Below are positions 38,570-52,266 of a stretch of DNA of 64,000 nt, in pieces. The position numbers and the translations under genes are program-made. Numbering within the stretch: position 1 is the stretch's first letter; the number at the start of each line of letters is the position of its first letter. The notes beneath the pieces are model-generated. The model did not search any database and was not told where the DNA came from. It saw only the letters and a list, made by a program, of their open reading frames with translations. Source of the DNA: Camelus ferus (taxonomy: Eukaryota); NCBI RefSeq assembly GCF_009834535.1, contig NC_045697.1, positions 67,520,001 through 67,584,000 of the forward strand, written 5' to 3'.

Positions 38570-39980
38570 GGAACACAAAATACCTACCCATAAAAGACAT
38601 AGGATATAGAACATTACATAACTTTCCTGAGTGATACAAAAGAAAGCTCAAATAATGAGAAGGGTAGCATGGTTCCTGGATAAGAAGGCAGAATTATAAA
38701 GAAATGTACTTTTCTAAAATGAATTTAGAGTGAAATAAGTTTCTTTATAATTTGGCAAAACTGTTCTTAAGTTATAGAATAAGGAAAATTTAGAGAAAAG
38801 TAGAAAAATAGAAAAATAACAATCCAGGACAATTTCCATTAGATATTAAAATGTTGCAAATAGGTTCAGCCCCAAGACTGAGCAGAATAAATACTCTGAA
38901 ATGAGACAAAACCCTAAAAAAGCTTGATTACAGAACATTTATAAATAGTAAACAGAAATTAATTGGTCAATGGATTTTTAATAAAAATCATTAAAATAAT
39001 TGCTTAACTCTATTGTAAACAAATACATTTAGATCACATATGAAACCTTACCAAATTAAATTTCAACTGGATTGAAGTACTTAATGAATGATATAAACTC
39101 CAAAAACTTAGAAAAAAATATATATGCACTTTTATTCAGAGGGAAGATTATTCTTAGGTTGAAATTAGTGATAGAGGACACGAAATAAATACAGACATGT
39201 TAGATTACATGATCTTTGGAGAAACTTTATTACAGCAAACTAAAAAAAAGCAAATATAAATTAGCAAACATTATTAATAATAGCTAAAATAAAGTATTAA
39301 AGATACGTATTCAATATTTTACCATAAGAAAATTATGCTAATGTATCAATAACATATAAAGGAGAAGGGAAATCAAACAATTTAAAAAACATAAAATACA
39401 AAAAGTTAGAAAATTCAGGAAATTCTATGTTTGTACTAGAAATTAAACACATGAAAAATTGAAATGACAGTTTTTCTAAAATAAAGCAGCCATTTATAAA
39501 ACATTATACGAATATAGAAGAGGGTATGGCAAAAGAAATGTTTTCTTATATCGCTGCTGGGATATAAGTTGTGACAAGCTTTTCGGAAGAAATTTGACTA
39601 TATTTATTAAGAGTCATAAAAGGCATGATGCCTAAGTAGTCCAGTCTATGAATCTGTTCTAAGAAAACAACCTAAATTATAAGATATATTTATGTATAAG
39701 AGTGTTTATAACAAATTATCTACGATAGCTAAATCTGAGAATAATGTCAAAAAGTGTTTAAGATATGCAGCAAGTAAAACTAGATTTATACAGATTTTAA
39801 TAATGAATGTCCACGTAATATTCCATATTATATTAAAGGATAACATTCAGATACCACATAGAGCATGTCTCAGTCATGTAAGTATAGATCAAATACACAC
39901 ACACAAAATAAACTAACACTTAATAACTTACTTTCTTATCTGCTCATGGGTCTTCTCTAAATTTTTAATAATGATCCTTT
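38570..39980 (+). mobile_element. Very old L1ME ORF2 / 3' fragment
   Basis: A-rich, with colinear degenerate L1 landmarks: 'catggttcctggataagaagg', 'aactggattgaagtacttaat', 'gctgctgggatataagttgtgacaagcttttcggaa'. Confidence 0.7.
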
Positions 39981-40374
39981 ACAATGGGAAAATGTAATAA
40001 CCGAAATGGATAGAAGAGGAAGGCAAGTGGTTTTTTCAATTGAACTAAAATTACCCTAAATATGTTTTTTTACATATAAGAATACTGAATAAATTCAGAT
40101 TTCTAATTCTTCACTAGTTAATGTTTTATTGATTATAGTTTAAAATAATATAGGCTTTTTGCCTCTTGAGAATGTAATTCTAAATGTCACTTATATGATT
40201 ATACAGATGAGAATAGAAATATTTTTGAATATTTTAGATGCAGGAATTCTATTGAATATTAAAACATAATGATAAAACTACAACTATTTAAAGTTTCTAT
40301 AACCAGTAAGGGGGAAAAAACATTGATGGAATCCATGAATAGTACAAACTTTGAATATTGTTTTTTAAATGTGA

Positions 40375-40989
40375 CTGTCTTAGCCTGAATTCCTGAGGAA
40401 GCCACCTGAGGTGAAGGTGAAGGAGGTGCAGTGTCAGGATCACAAGAGTATAGGACAAGGGAGCTAAGTCAGGGGAGGAAGGAGAATCACGAAAGATGAT
40501 GCCTTCACATGCTGGCCGCTCCTTCACTACTACTCCTCAGGGCAAAGCTGATCCCTTGGCAGGTTGGTCTGCTTGGCTTCACCTCACTGGACACCCAGAC
40601 ACAGAAATCATACGCATTTACTGTCCATCAGAGGAAGAAAGGACTCCTGTTTCCCAGTCATCAAATTTTTACCCACAGGAATTATATCCACATTCCTTCC
40701 TACACACACACACACACACACTTCAGGTTGCATCATCTGGCCTCTTTGGTGGTTGCTTGGGGCACCAAACCTGTTACCCTGAGGTGTGGTGCATCATTCA
40801 GGTTCAGAAGGAAGGAACCAGAAACTGAGGGCAACTGGCTGGTTGCCTGATGTGCAGTGGCAGTTAAAAATCACAGCAAGGCTTCGTGGACCTAAGGGGA
40901 ATAGGTCAGTCACTGCAGTAACGGAGGAGGAGCAGGCAGGTGCAGGAAACTGGTGCTCAGGAAATCTGAGGAGGTGTGTATGTCCAACA
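40375..40989 (-). mobile_element. Old ERVL-class LTR (LTR50/LTR82-like; family uncertain)
   Basis: GC-richer island bounded by 'tgtcttagcctg' and 'tccaaca' (TG...CA), with an internal (CA)n. It accounts for the stack of short overlapping ORFs here. Confidence 0.55.
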
Positions 40990-41059
40990 TAATGGCCATC
41001 CCTTGTGTGTTCAAATGTGCTGTGCTCTCTCCCATTAAAAATCTAAAACTAAAACTCAG

Positions 41060-42232
41060 ACAATACAAATTTACTGATTTTATCCTTATCCTTCCTACCT
41101 GCCCTCCTTTCTCCCTTTCAGAGTCAACAATCTCAAAAGAATTACCCATAATCACTGTGACATTTCCACAATCTCAATTTCCTTCCAGCTATTACTCAAG
41201 ACTCATTATATCAGTTTAAAAATTTTTTAAATTAGTTCTGACCTATTGGTTCTACCATTCTTTCACTATTTCCTCTCTGATTTTTGCATTTCTCTTTTTC
41301 AGCTTGGATTCCATCTTTAAAACCTCCCTGGCATCTCTTCTCTGTTCTTATTCACAAGCATTTGTCACAGCTCACCACTCTCTCCTTTTCTTCAATGTCT
41401 CTTTTCCTGGCTTCATTGATTATTTGCCCTGTTTTTTCTCATTTTATATCTGTCTGTTTTTCGGGATCCTCTCCTCTGATCGATTTCTAAATGCTGTCAT
41501 GCTGCAGAGCTTTGGGCTAAGGCACGCAGTGAGGGTTGAGTGCTATTTCTCTACGTGAATTGACTGTCTCCTGCCTATCTCCACTCTGCTCGTAGCCATG
41601 TTGTTCACTGTAGCCACGTGCTGTTATTTTGGTTTCTGAGAAATGCCCAGATCTGATTATTCTCAGGGATTTTGCATAATCTGTTCCCTCTGCCTGGAAA
41701 TGTATTTTCCCCAGACATCCAAAGGGTGACTTTTCCTATACTTTGGTTCAAAAGTTAAAATGTAATCAGGAATGACTTCAACCACCACTAATCTATAAAA
41801 TGCCTCAATTTCAACCGTACTTTCCTATTTATTTTTCTTGACATTTGAAAGAATCTCATTCCCTTTTTAATTGTTCCATCAGAGTAGGATCTCTCTCCCT
41901 ACTGTAACAGCACCATGGAAAGTTACTTCTTCATGGTTACAGAGTTTCTGTTTGGGATGATAAAAATGTTTTGGAAATATATAGTTGTGATGATTGTACA
42001 ACATTGTGAGTGTTATTAATGCCACTGAAGTGTACACTTAAAAATGTTTAAAATGGCAAGCTTTATGTTATATATTTTACCATGATTTAAACAATTAAAG
42101 AGTAAACAAAAGAAAAAAAAGAACACTTGTTGAGAGCAGGGGCCTTATCTGCTCACTCATCAGAGCTTATGAGGAGCTGTAGTAATGCCTAGTTCACAGT
42201 ACACACACAATAAACAGCTTTTAGTGAATAAC
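41060..42232 (+). mobile_element. L2 (ORF2 remnant and 3' end), interrupted by an L1 tail
   Basis: Pyrimidine-rich; 'cagcatttg/acagctcaccactctctcc'-type motif, 'ctgttccctctgcctggaa', and terminal 'gagagcaggggccttatctg...tgcctagttcacagta...caataaa'. Confidence 0.75.
41915..42120 (+). mobile_element. L1MB-like 3' tail
   Basis: 'acagagtttctgtttgggatgataaaaatgttttggaaat...ttgtacaacattgtgagtgttattaatgccactgaa' plus an A tail. Confidence 0.88.
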
Positions 42233-42594
42233 ACCAAAACAGCATTATAACGCATTATTACTGATCCAAGAACCTAACATTACAAGTATCTATGTCAGGG
42301 CTGATACGAGAGTGTGAGTATTGTGCAATAGTCACTCTTATACTTCAAGTTGGGTTATGACTTGTTCTGAAAACTTATTTTGGCAATATACAGCAAAAAC
42401 TTACATATGTGTGTACTCTCTGATCAGTTATAAATAATGATCAATTAATTACTGATTGACTCAACAATATAGAAACTCATTCCTATAACAGTAATATTTT
42501 GCCTTTGGGCAAAAATTATACATATATTATGCAATTGTTTTTAGCTTGCTTTGTAATATCTTTACTTATTTTTCAGTGATGTTTAGTTTGTTCT

Positions 42595-42912
42595 CCTCAG
42601 CTTTACTGAGGTATAATTAACAAATTAAATCGTATGTATTTAAGGTATACAACCTGATGTTTTGCTATACATGTATGTTGTGAAATAACCATCACAATCA
42701 AGCTAATTGACACATCCATCACCTCCCATAGTTACCATTTTCTTCTCTCTCTTTGTGTGTGTGTGTGGTGTTGAGACACTTAAGATCTACTCTCTTAATA
42801 AATTTAAAGAATACAATAAGATATACCAGTGTTCAAGGGTTCCCTCTTCTTTTAGAAAATAACTCTTCAGGTCCATTGCCCATTTTAAAATCAGGTTTTT
42901 TGTTTATTTTCC
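42595..42912 (-). mobile_element. L1MA9/10-like 3' end with internal deletions
   Basis: 'agctttactgaggtataatt...atcaagctaattgacacatccatcacctcccatagttacc...acacttaagatctactctctt'. Confidence 0.85.
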
Positions 42913-44123
42913 CTATTACACGGATTACAAATATTTTAGCTTGGCAAGCAGACATGCAGTATATACTCTGCAGGTATAGACTACAAAGACATTTCAGGTC
43001 ACTACACAAATAGTATGTTTACAGCTATCTGAATCTATCAGACTGCCTACCAAAGCACATTGTATAAACTACATGTCCTATTCCCTGTGCATGTGTATCT
43101 ACCTAAAATAGTCTATTTTCATTGTATTTTTCAACGTTCCTGTTTAATAGGATACAGTAAATATCACACACACACACACAAATAAATAAAATAAAATAAA
43201 ATAAGCTTTAAATGGAAATGGAAGAATTTGATTTCTAAACACTAAATTTCCACTAACCTATTAATAAATCATTTAAAACTGCTGTGAACATAGACTGTTT
43301 GGTGGGAAAAAAGAACTTTGGGTTCTTGCTCATTTTAAGTGATAGGTCCTGTCTACACTAACACAGTTATGCTGTGATGTCTTGAACATGTTGTATTTCT
43401 TGTGTATATTTTGGTGGTGTTGCGACAAATAACAAGTAAAAATGGTTGTTAGAGACTTTGATCATATAAAGTCCTACATTAGCACTTAATAAGTGTGGAG
43501 ACAAATGTGAGTGGCTCAGTTCACTTTTACATAGCTATCAAGATGTACTATATGTTCTACTACTTCTTCCTAAATAATCTAAGAGGCTATAAATTTATAG
43601 TTAGCACAGCCTTTATAGGTTTTTTGTAACACAGAATTTACTGAAGTCATTTTCATATTAGTTAAACATTGGACCTATACTTAACATTAATCTTTTATCT
43701 TTTAAAACAATTAAAAATACAAATTCAAGTCATTGTCCTGATACCACAAGCTGACTGCTGTGATCTGCTCTATTTCACCCACTGATTTACTGAAAAGCCT
43801 TCTCATATGATTTAGGCATACCAAGAGGTTTTTTTTTTAATCAAGATTGAATTTTATTTTTTTGTTAGAATGTACTTTACCCACATCTTTTTAAATTTTC
43901 ATGTTTTCTCTTGAATTTGTTAATATGATAAAATATAACGCAATTTTTATAATGATAAATATCCATATATTTCTTGGATAAACCCAATTTCATCATATTA
44001 TCTTTAAAAAAAGAATACTGCTATATTCTTTTTGCTAATATTTTATGCAATATTTTAACATCTACATTCACAACCAAATTTGATCGATACATTTATTCTC
44101 ATGGATAATTTTTCCTTGGTTAT

Positions 44124-44466
44124 TGCAGTGGACTGAATGTTTGTGTCCCTGCAGTTTTCATATGGTGAAACCTAATTCCCAATGTGATAGTATTTGGATG
44201 TGAGGCCTTTGTGGGTGATTAGATCGTGAATGGGACAGTGCCACTATAATAGGGTGCCCCAGAGAGATCTCTCACCCCTTCAGCTATGGGAGGTCATGGT
44301 GGAAAAGCAGCAGCCAATGAGGAAATGTCCCCTCACAGTCAATGAATCTGCTAGCACCTTGATCTTGCACTTCCAGATGACAGAATTGTGAGGACTAAAT
44401 TTCTGTTTTTTATAAGCCACACTGTCTACAGTAGGTATTTTGTTACAGCAGCTGGAACAGACCAAG
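44124..44466 (+). mobile_element. MLT1A/MLT1A0 solo LTR
   Basis: 'ggactgaatgtttgtgtccc...cccaatgtgatagtatttgga...caccttgatcttgcacttccag...tataagccac...gtattttgttacagcagc'. Probable gttat TSD. Confidence 0.9.
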
Positions 44467-45559
44467 TTATAGTATTCAAGTTATTGTTATAAGGTTATAG
44501 TATGTATGTTCAATGTACCGTCTTGCTTTTTTCTCTAGAAGAATTTGTTAAAGATTTGAATCACCTATTCCCTGAAAGTTTGTTCTATTTTGCTTTAAAA
44601 CCATCTGAGCCAAGATTTGTGTGTGTGTTTGTGGAAAGATCTTAAACTAATTTAATGAATGTAGTACCATTTGTCCAGTTTCTTCTTGAACCATTTTTAT
44701 TATATTTATTTTTCTGTAGACTCCTCTACTTCATTTAAATTTTAAACTATATTGGCATAAAATTATTCATAATATTCTCTTATTTTAAAAGTCTGCAGCA
44801 TTTGTAATCACATCTCCTATTTCAGTTTCAATATTTTTATCATTTTCTTTTATTTATTTTTAAAAAATTTCATCTTACTAGAATTTATGCTTTCTCCCTC
44901 TATTGTTTTGGAAATTATACATAATTTCTGTAGGTCTTATGTTCATTGCTCATTTTTTCCCCATCTTAAATGGGATGTTTAACATATTAATTTGTAGACT
45001 TCTTTTCTAATATAAGCAATTAAGTCCTGTTAGAATTTTCAGCTGCATGTCACATATTTCGGTGTGTAATGTTCATTATCTTTCTGTTTCAAGTGTTTTC
45101 TCATTTCTGCTATGTTGACTGCATTAACACACAAGCTGTTAAGAATGCAGATTGCTGTAGTGTTTATGTGTTTTTTAATTATTAATGCCTCATTTTATCA
45201 TGTGTTAGATAGTGTGGTCTGTATAAGCAATACTTTGCAATGTGCTGACACTTGTTCTGTGACCAGTTGCACGATGATTTAACATAAATGTTCCACATAG
45301 GTTTGAGATAGATTTCTGTGTACATTTTCTGTGTTAAGCCCATTATACTAACTCTGTAATGTGTGTTGCTCAAATATTCTATATCCTTACATCCTTACAA
45401 TTATTTGTATTTGTTTGGTTATATAAATTTGAGAAAGAAGTGTATTGACATCTTCTACCATGAGTATGAATTTTTCAACTTCTCCATTGATCTGTCAGTA
45501 TTTTCAAACTATTTATTAATTGCATACAAATTTACAACTGTCATTTTTTCTCCCATAGA

Positions 45560-45675
45560 ATATCATCTCTCTACCAAAAAGTTATACATAAGGGCAGGTT
45601 TTGGTATCTGCTTTTTCACTATTATATGTCTTATATCTAGAACTGTGCCTAGATTTATAAATATTTGTTGACAGT
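45560..45675 (+). mobile_element. L2a 3' tail
   Basis: 'aagggcagg...ttcact...tctagaactgtgccta...taaatatttgttga'. Confidence 0.6.
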
Positions 45676-48600
45676 TAAAGAAATCATCTTGGTAATTGTT
45701 TTATCATTAGATGGCAAGTTCAAAAATCACTAATTGTGTTTTTTTCCCCTTAAATTCTACTTGTCCATTCTTAATATAGTGACATAACTCACACATGTTC
45801 ATGTCTTTTTTAAAAATCTTACGTTCTTTGTTTCTTTTTGCCTATTTATTTTTCTGCCTTCTTTATTGATTTTAATTTGGTTGATTTTTTTCTCTATATT
45901 ATTTTCCCACTATTGTTTTGGAAGTTATGAATTGTTATTTCTATATTTTAGTGATTGCCATAGACATTTTACATGCATGCCTGTTACAACAATGTCTAAA
46001 GTTGAATGGCATGTATACTGTCCTTCTAACTTAAAGGAAACTTACAGTATTTAAATTCTGATTGTTGCTTCAAATGAAAAAATTTTGTTGGTATATTTTG
46101 ACATTTTGATTCTGTATTTTTTAACTTCACTAATTAAATAATATTACTATTATTATCAATTTTCAGTCAACACTTTTTAAGATTTATCTTCTTATTTACC
46201 TTTTTATTTTTGTCATTCCTTCTATCATATCACACTCCTTTTAAGATTATTTTCCATTCTCCTAAAATGTATCTTTTAGGGTTTCCTACAGAAAAGGTCT
46301 ATTTATGATAAATTCTGTCTGTTTTTTGTCTTAAACCACCTTCTTTTCACTCTCATCCCTCAAAGTTAGTTTCACTGGGTATAAAATTTGAATTTTGCAG
46401 AAACTTTCTCTAGGAATTTTTAGGAAATTATTCCACAGTATCATGACTCCTAATTTTGCCTCTGAGAAGTCTACCATCAGTATGGTTATTATAATTTACA
46501 GTTAATTTGTGCTTTCTCTCTGCTGTTTTGAATATATTATTCATTGTTACCTTCCTACATGACATGAATTAGTGTTGTGTAAACTTAGTACAGAGGTTCC
46601 AGAGAACTTACCACTTCAAGTCATGTTCTACATCCCCAAAGAGTTGCTTAGAATACTAGAATCGCAATATCCTTGTCCTAAAAAGGTCATGGTAGTTTCT
46701 TTCTTCTCAATAATACATGGTTATAAACTGGACATAAGAATCGTAGCCCCCAGGGGTACGATGTATGTAGAAGGTAAAAATCTGATGGTCTTCATAGTGT
46801 GGTATCCATGAATCACCCTGGTGCTAGACTCAGCTAGATTTTATCCTATCCCTCACTGAAACTGCTTTTTCTGAACCTTTGTGGTGCTATGTTGTAACAA
46901 TAATTCAATGTCTCTTTTTCTGCTTCTTGTCACAATACCTTCCTGGAAATGCTCTAGCATCTTTTAGTCATTTGCACTATAGTAGTTCTAAATCTTCTTT
47001 GACTGCATATCCCACAGCATCGGCAAAATTCTTAGGTATCTGGGGCTGGTTGTCTCGTCTAGGCAGAACTGTGAACAAATGAGAACAGATCTAAGATTTA
47101 TCTCTTTTCTCCACCCCAAAGACTTTAGACAATAACCTGAGTAAAAATGACTTTCTGATTTGCAAATTTCAATTGATTATTTAATACCATATAAATCAGT
47201 TTCTCAGTCTCAGAGTGCACCCTCTCCCCCAAATTTGCCATTCTCTGTATAATACTAGTACCAGGATATTTCTTGAATCTTTTGTTAAATACTAAAGAAC
47301 CACAAAGCCTTATGTCTGAGGAACACATGTGCTTGATATCATGAACCCAATAGTTAGGGAGTCATGATGAATATATACCTAATTCAGTACTAAGCTGATT
47401 ATTTTAATCTGAGGTGAAGTTCCAATTGTACCTTTCATACAACCATAATTTGGAAATCTTTTAGGTGTGACTAAAAATAATCATGGGTCCCATTATGATT
47501 TAATCTCTGCTCAATGTCACATTCGAAGAAAATATTATTCAACTCCAGAAACCTATAGTTTTCATTTTAAAATGTGCTTCACTTAAAAAATGTTTCTTAA
47601 AGATTTAAATTTCTTCAAAAAGTACTTTTGTAAAGAACATCTTTGAAGTGTGTAAGATTGATTCAATGGGGAATACATTTTGCTTGTCAAACAATGACTG
47701 GTTCATTTGGATGTGAGATTATTCCTACTTTTGGAAATATGTGTATCTCCATCTTAAGTGAAATAAGGCATGGTGTTTTTTCAAGGAGATTAGAGCCTAG
47801 TGTGAGATAGAAAACAAAAATAAATAATAATAATGCTGATAAGTATATTATATTTGTTTTGCACAGTGGTTTTCGGGAACTCAGAAAAGAAATTTTCAAA
47901 TGCTCTTGGGATTGTGTAAATTTTCCTGGAAGAAAAGATATTTAAGCTAACATTTAAAAATACAATAAAAAATGATCTGATGGGAAACAGATGAGTAGCC
48001 TTCACCAAGAGATAGAGCAACCTGTGTTAAAGCACAGCAGTTTGAAACTGCAAGATGATCTTCAATTTGCAAATAGTGTATCATGGCTGGAGTGGAGAGT
48101 GCTTTCAAGGCATAAGGCAGAATGATAAACAAGGAGAATATTCTAAGGAGTGTCTTCATTTAAGAAATTTAAACTTTACCTTTGACCACATTAATATACT
48201 TGAACTAAGAGAATGATGTAGTATTTGCATTTTAGAACAAAATCATTTTGTTACCATCATGAGGCATTGATGCTAGGTATTGGAATGACAATTGTTGGGG
48301 TCAGGATGCCACTTGTGAAGTGAGATTTAATAAGAGCTTGAACCAGGATACTGGAGATAGATAGGAAGGAGCTGATCTATAGGAAAAAGGCAGGGGAAGG
48401 GGGAAAAAAAGCATTTTTTTTTTTGACAAACAGCATCATTTATCATTTTTTTCTAAATGAGATTCCAACACTAGGAAAAAATGAGAGAAAAACTGGATCC
48501 AGAATGGTTTTAAATTTTCTGTACAAATATTAATAGAATATGCTATTATTAGCCTGACAAATATGAATTCAGGTTACCTAGGATCATCATAGAAAATCTT

Positions 48601-49148
48601 TCAACCAATGTTTCTAACCTCAATGACTGAGATATTTCACAATAATTTACTTTCCAGAACACAGAGCTACCTTCATTGCATAATGAGACAACAGTCTTCT
48701 CCAGCTCATCATTCACTGGAGTAGAATCTTCATACGGTCACTGACACATGGAGTCCCTCATGAATCCCTGGAGAAGCTGGACCTGAACACATGTTACTCC
48801 ATTCAGGTAACTCTTCAGTGATGGCTTTCCCATGCTACCTTGGTAAGCAAGGCTATAACTCACATGCTGTAGCTGATCTGGGTTTGATCCTTTCACATCA
48901 AATTATTTTTTCCACTTGGGTTAGGAAAAAACTTGAATAATATTGGAAAATATTACTTTAAGAAATAATCCATTTTTGCTAATATAAAAAATTATTCTGT
49001 TGTGGAATATTCAAATTATAATAATCATTTTTATAAATGGAAGTAGGCAGTTTGATAAATAGTTTGGCTTATGAATAATAAATTAAGGAAATACTACATC
49101 CCAACTGTTCTGAACTTCAGAAATAGAAGAGTGAGTTTCACCTAGCTC

Positions 49149-49555
49149 TGGCAGAGCCTGATTAGTTGGTCAGCAAATGCCATTTTTTATTCTCCCTGAT
49201 ACATATTCAGACTACATTTTCCAGCTCCTTTGCAGTCAAGTATGGTCATAAGACTGAGTGTTGACTGTTGGAAGATAAGCTGAAGTGACTTGCACCACTT
49301 CTAGGTCTGGACCGTAGTAACTTTCTTCTCAATACCCTTGACTCTCATATCCTCCATTGACCGCAGGACACTATAGTGACCTAGAATATGCTGGGGACAC
49401 TGGATGAATTCAGCCTAAATCTTGGAATGGTTATTTAGTCTCTCACAGATTAGGGACATTCATTTTAAAATTTAAATGTGTAAGAAATAAATTTCTGTTT
49501 TATAAACCACTGAAATTTTAGAGTTTATGTGTTTTGACAACTAACAAAATTATTA
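49149..49555 (+). mobile_element. MLT1J-like solo LTR
   Basis: 'agactacattttccagctcctttgcagt...ggtcataagactgag...accacttctaggtctgg...gaaataaatttctgttttataaaccactgaaatttt'. Confidence 0.8.
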
Positions 49556-49684
49556 TTCAAGCCCAGATAATGTAAATTGCTTATTACTCTGTTGGTTTCT
49601 TAAATCTAAAAGCATTATCAAGGCATGGATAACCTCACACAAAGGCTATCTTCTCTTCTGGAAGTTTCTGTAATGTGCAGTCAT

Positions 49685-50180
49685 TTATTAAGAAATGTGA
49701 AAGGTCTGAGGTTTTTGCCTTACTTTCAAGCTAACAAGTTAGTCTGCCACAACTTCATAGATGCTAGCAGAAGACCCAAGTTTCCTGGGTCAGAGAAAAG
49801 GACTTTTTCACTCATTGCACAGCAGATAGAATCACAGCTTTCCTGCCCTAACCCTCATGTCCTTAATTCCCATGGAGATGTTGCAGATATAGGCCCAGAT
49901 GAATCCTGAAAATTCAGTGAGTTTGTTCCAAAACTGAGAAACCCTAAGCTTAGGGCCCTCTGATCTTCTAAAAGTTTGCTGCTAGCAAACTGCCCAACTT
50001 TGGCCTGGAAGGAGACCTTATCTTTATTACCCTAATCAGGAAAGAAATCTGCCCTCTTCCCCAGAAGGTGACACTATCTCTTTTTCCAAAGCTGTTTGCT
50101 ATACAAACATGCTTAAAGAATAGTCTGGGACAAAAGCTGAAACAAAATGTGCAGATGCTGTGAAGAATTCTCTCTCAGTA
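49685..50180 (-). mobile_element. ERV1-class solo LTR (MER89/MER90-like)
   Basis: 'ggtctgag...caagctaacaagttagtctgccacaacttcatagatgctagcagaagac...cctgggtcagaga'. Confidence 0.65.
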
Positions 50181-51636
50181 TGTTTTAGATTCCAGGATAT
50201 ACAACTAGACAGCAAATCATAGGAAAATGCAATGGGAAAGCAACTAGGGGACTTTGAAAGCCATATCTCTGTTCCTTCATTTTAAGGGCTATGGAAAATA
50301 TGTGCAGATTGATATGACTGGGCCAAGGTCATATGGAGAATCGATGAGAATCTTGAGTCTCTTCCTTATATCTTGTTCTAAGAAGAGTCATATCCAGATT
50401 ATACATGCATTTGTATGACTGATGTTAATTCATTCACACACCAGGTTTATATTTTGTTTTAAAAGCAGTTCTCTAGAAGCAATGCTTACAGTTTTCTGTG
50501 TTGGGAGCCAGAAAATCTCCACTCTCATTACAGATCTGACAATAACAGTTTTATGAGGCCATTTTGATCTGGCCACCTTCAGGGACAATTAACTACTCTC
50601 TTTTCAGAATACTTTGTTCATATCTCTATTACATTAAGTTGATACATTTGATTATAAATTTGTTAAAGGCAAGAACTGTTTCTAAAAAAATTATCTCAAT
50701 AAGTTGAAAAGTACTTATGCAAAAAATAAATTTGAGGATTGCTGCTATGTGATTACTGTATTCCAGCTCTTATATTCTATGCTTCCAATGTCTGGGCTGT
50801 GATTTAGGCCATATTTCAGTTATCATGTTTAGTTGCCTAGCCAAAAACTAAATACAATGTTATTTCCATTTGTGTTGTTACCTTGAATTGTAGGCTCAAG
50901 CTCCCAGAGATAATGACTAGTTGCTAGAAAATATACCTTGTCTCTTCCCTACCATTTTAATGATACAATTGGTATAACTAACCACCGTGCTATCATATTT
51001 TTGTAGTTAGATTATACTCCTCTGAGTAACAAGAGTGCTAAATTAGAAAAACAAGAAAAAAAAGGAAAGTATTTTTCATAAATCCTGTGAAAATTATTGG
51101 CCTGTACAATACGCTAAATAGTAAAATTCCTTTTAGATTGTGCTGTTACGGCAGCACACTGCCCACCCCATCTCATGCACATCTACGCTCACCTAGAAAT
51201 CCCGTTTACTCCAACACAACTGAAGGTAGACAAGGGCAAACAAAGGCAAGAGTTCAAGTTGGGAATATGGCTGCAATGAGTAACAACCTTTGCTTTCTCC
51301 AGATAATTAAAATTTCAAAGACCCCCACCTCTACTTCCACACACAAGACTCCTGTTTGCCTGGTGTTTGCTTATTTTATATTCTTTCCCCTAATCACACC
51401 AGTTTTTTTTAATTAGTCTATAATACAGGTTGATTGACTAATTATACCTTAGTGAAAATGAGATTTAAGTGAATATATGTGGCTATAAAGATATATTTTA
51501 TATATAAAGTTATTCTCAAGATTATTTAAAGTAGCTACCTAACTGGCAAGGCTATGTTTGACTCCAGTTTTTGTTGCTATGTCTCTATTCATAAATATTT
51601 TCACTATGAACTCAATTTACTTATATAATCAGAATA

Positions 51637-52135
51637 TGGTAGTTCCTTCTTATCTGCAGGGATATGTTCTGAGAACCCCAGTGGATGCTTGAAACTGCAG
51701 ACAGTACTGAACCGTATATATACTGTGTTTTTTTCTTATATTTACATACCTATGATAAAGTTTAATTTATAAATTAGACAAAATGAGAGAATAACTGAAC
51801 TGCCAACATCACTATTTTGGGCTTTGGGGCCATTATTAGGTAAAATAAAGGTTACCTGAACACAAACACTGTGATGTCACCACCGTTGATTCTGATAACT
51901 GAGTCAGCTACTAAGTGACTAACAGGAGGATAGTATATACGCCTGGATAAATTAGACAAAAGGATGATTAGCATCCAAGGCGAGAGGGAGTGGGACAGCT
52001 CAATATTTCATCATGCTACTCAGAATGGCAGATAGTTGAAAACTTATAAATTGTTTATTTCTGGAATTTTCCATTCAATATTTGTACCACTGTTGACTGC
52101 TGGTAACTGAAATTACAGATAAGGGGGAACTACTA
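51637..52135 (+). mobile_element. MER44 (Tigger7-derived MITE)
   Basis: Terminal inverted repeats 'gtagttccttcttatct' and 'agataagggggaactac', flanked by TA. Internal 'cctatgataaagtttaatttataaattag' and 'tttcatcatgctactcagaatggc'. Confidence 0.9.
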
Positions 52136-52266
52136 TAATAAAAAATGTCATTAGAAAATAACCTAGGTCACAAGGGAGATATATAAAACACTTCATCCTC
52201 CTCCTCCGAGAACATATGCATTCTAGTTTCTTTGAGGTTATCAGTAACAAAAAGTGATATTATCTC

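Larger units (their letters stand above)
43790..46545 (-). mobile_element. Old L1M element, antisense, interrupted by MLT1A and an L2 tail
   Basis: T-rich, with antisense L1 landmarks: 'tttgctaatattttatgcaatattttaacatctacattca', 'aaaccatctgagcc', 'ttttcagctgcatgtcacatattt', 'tttcactgggtataaaatt'. Confidence 0.75.

Noticed and set aside
40297..41558. Stack of overlapping ORFs suggesting a compact coding locus
   Set aside because: Explained by a GC-richer LTR, a (CA)n tract and pyrimidine-rich L2 sequence that depletes stop codons.
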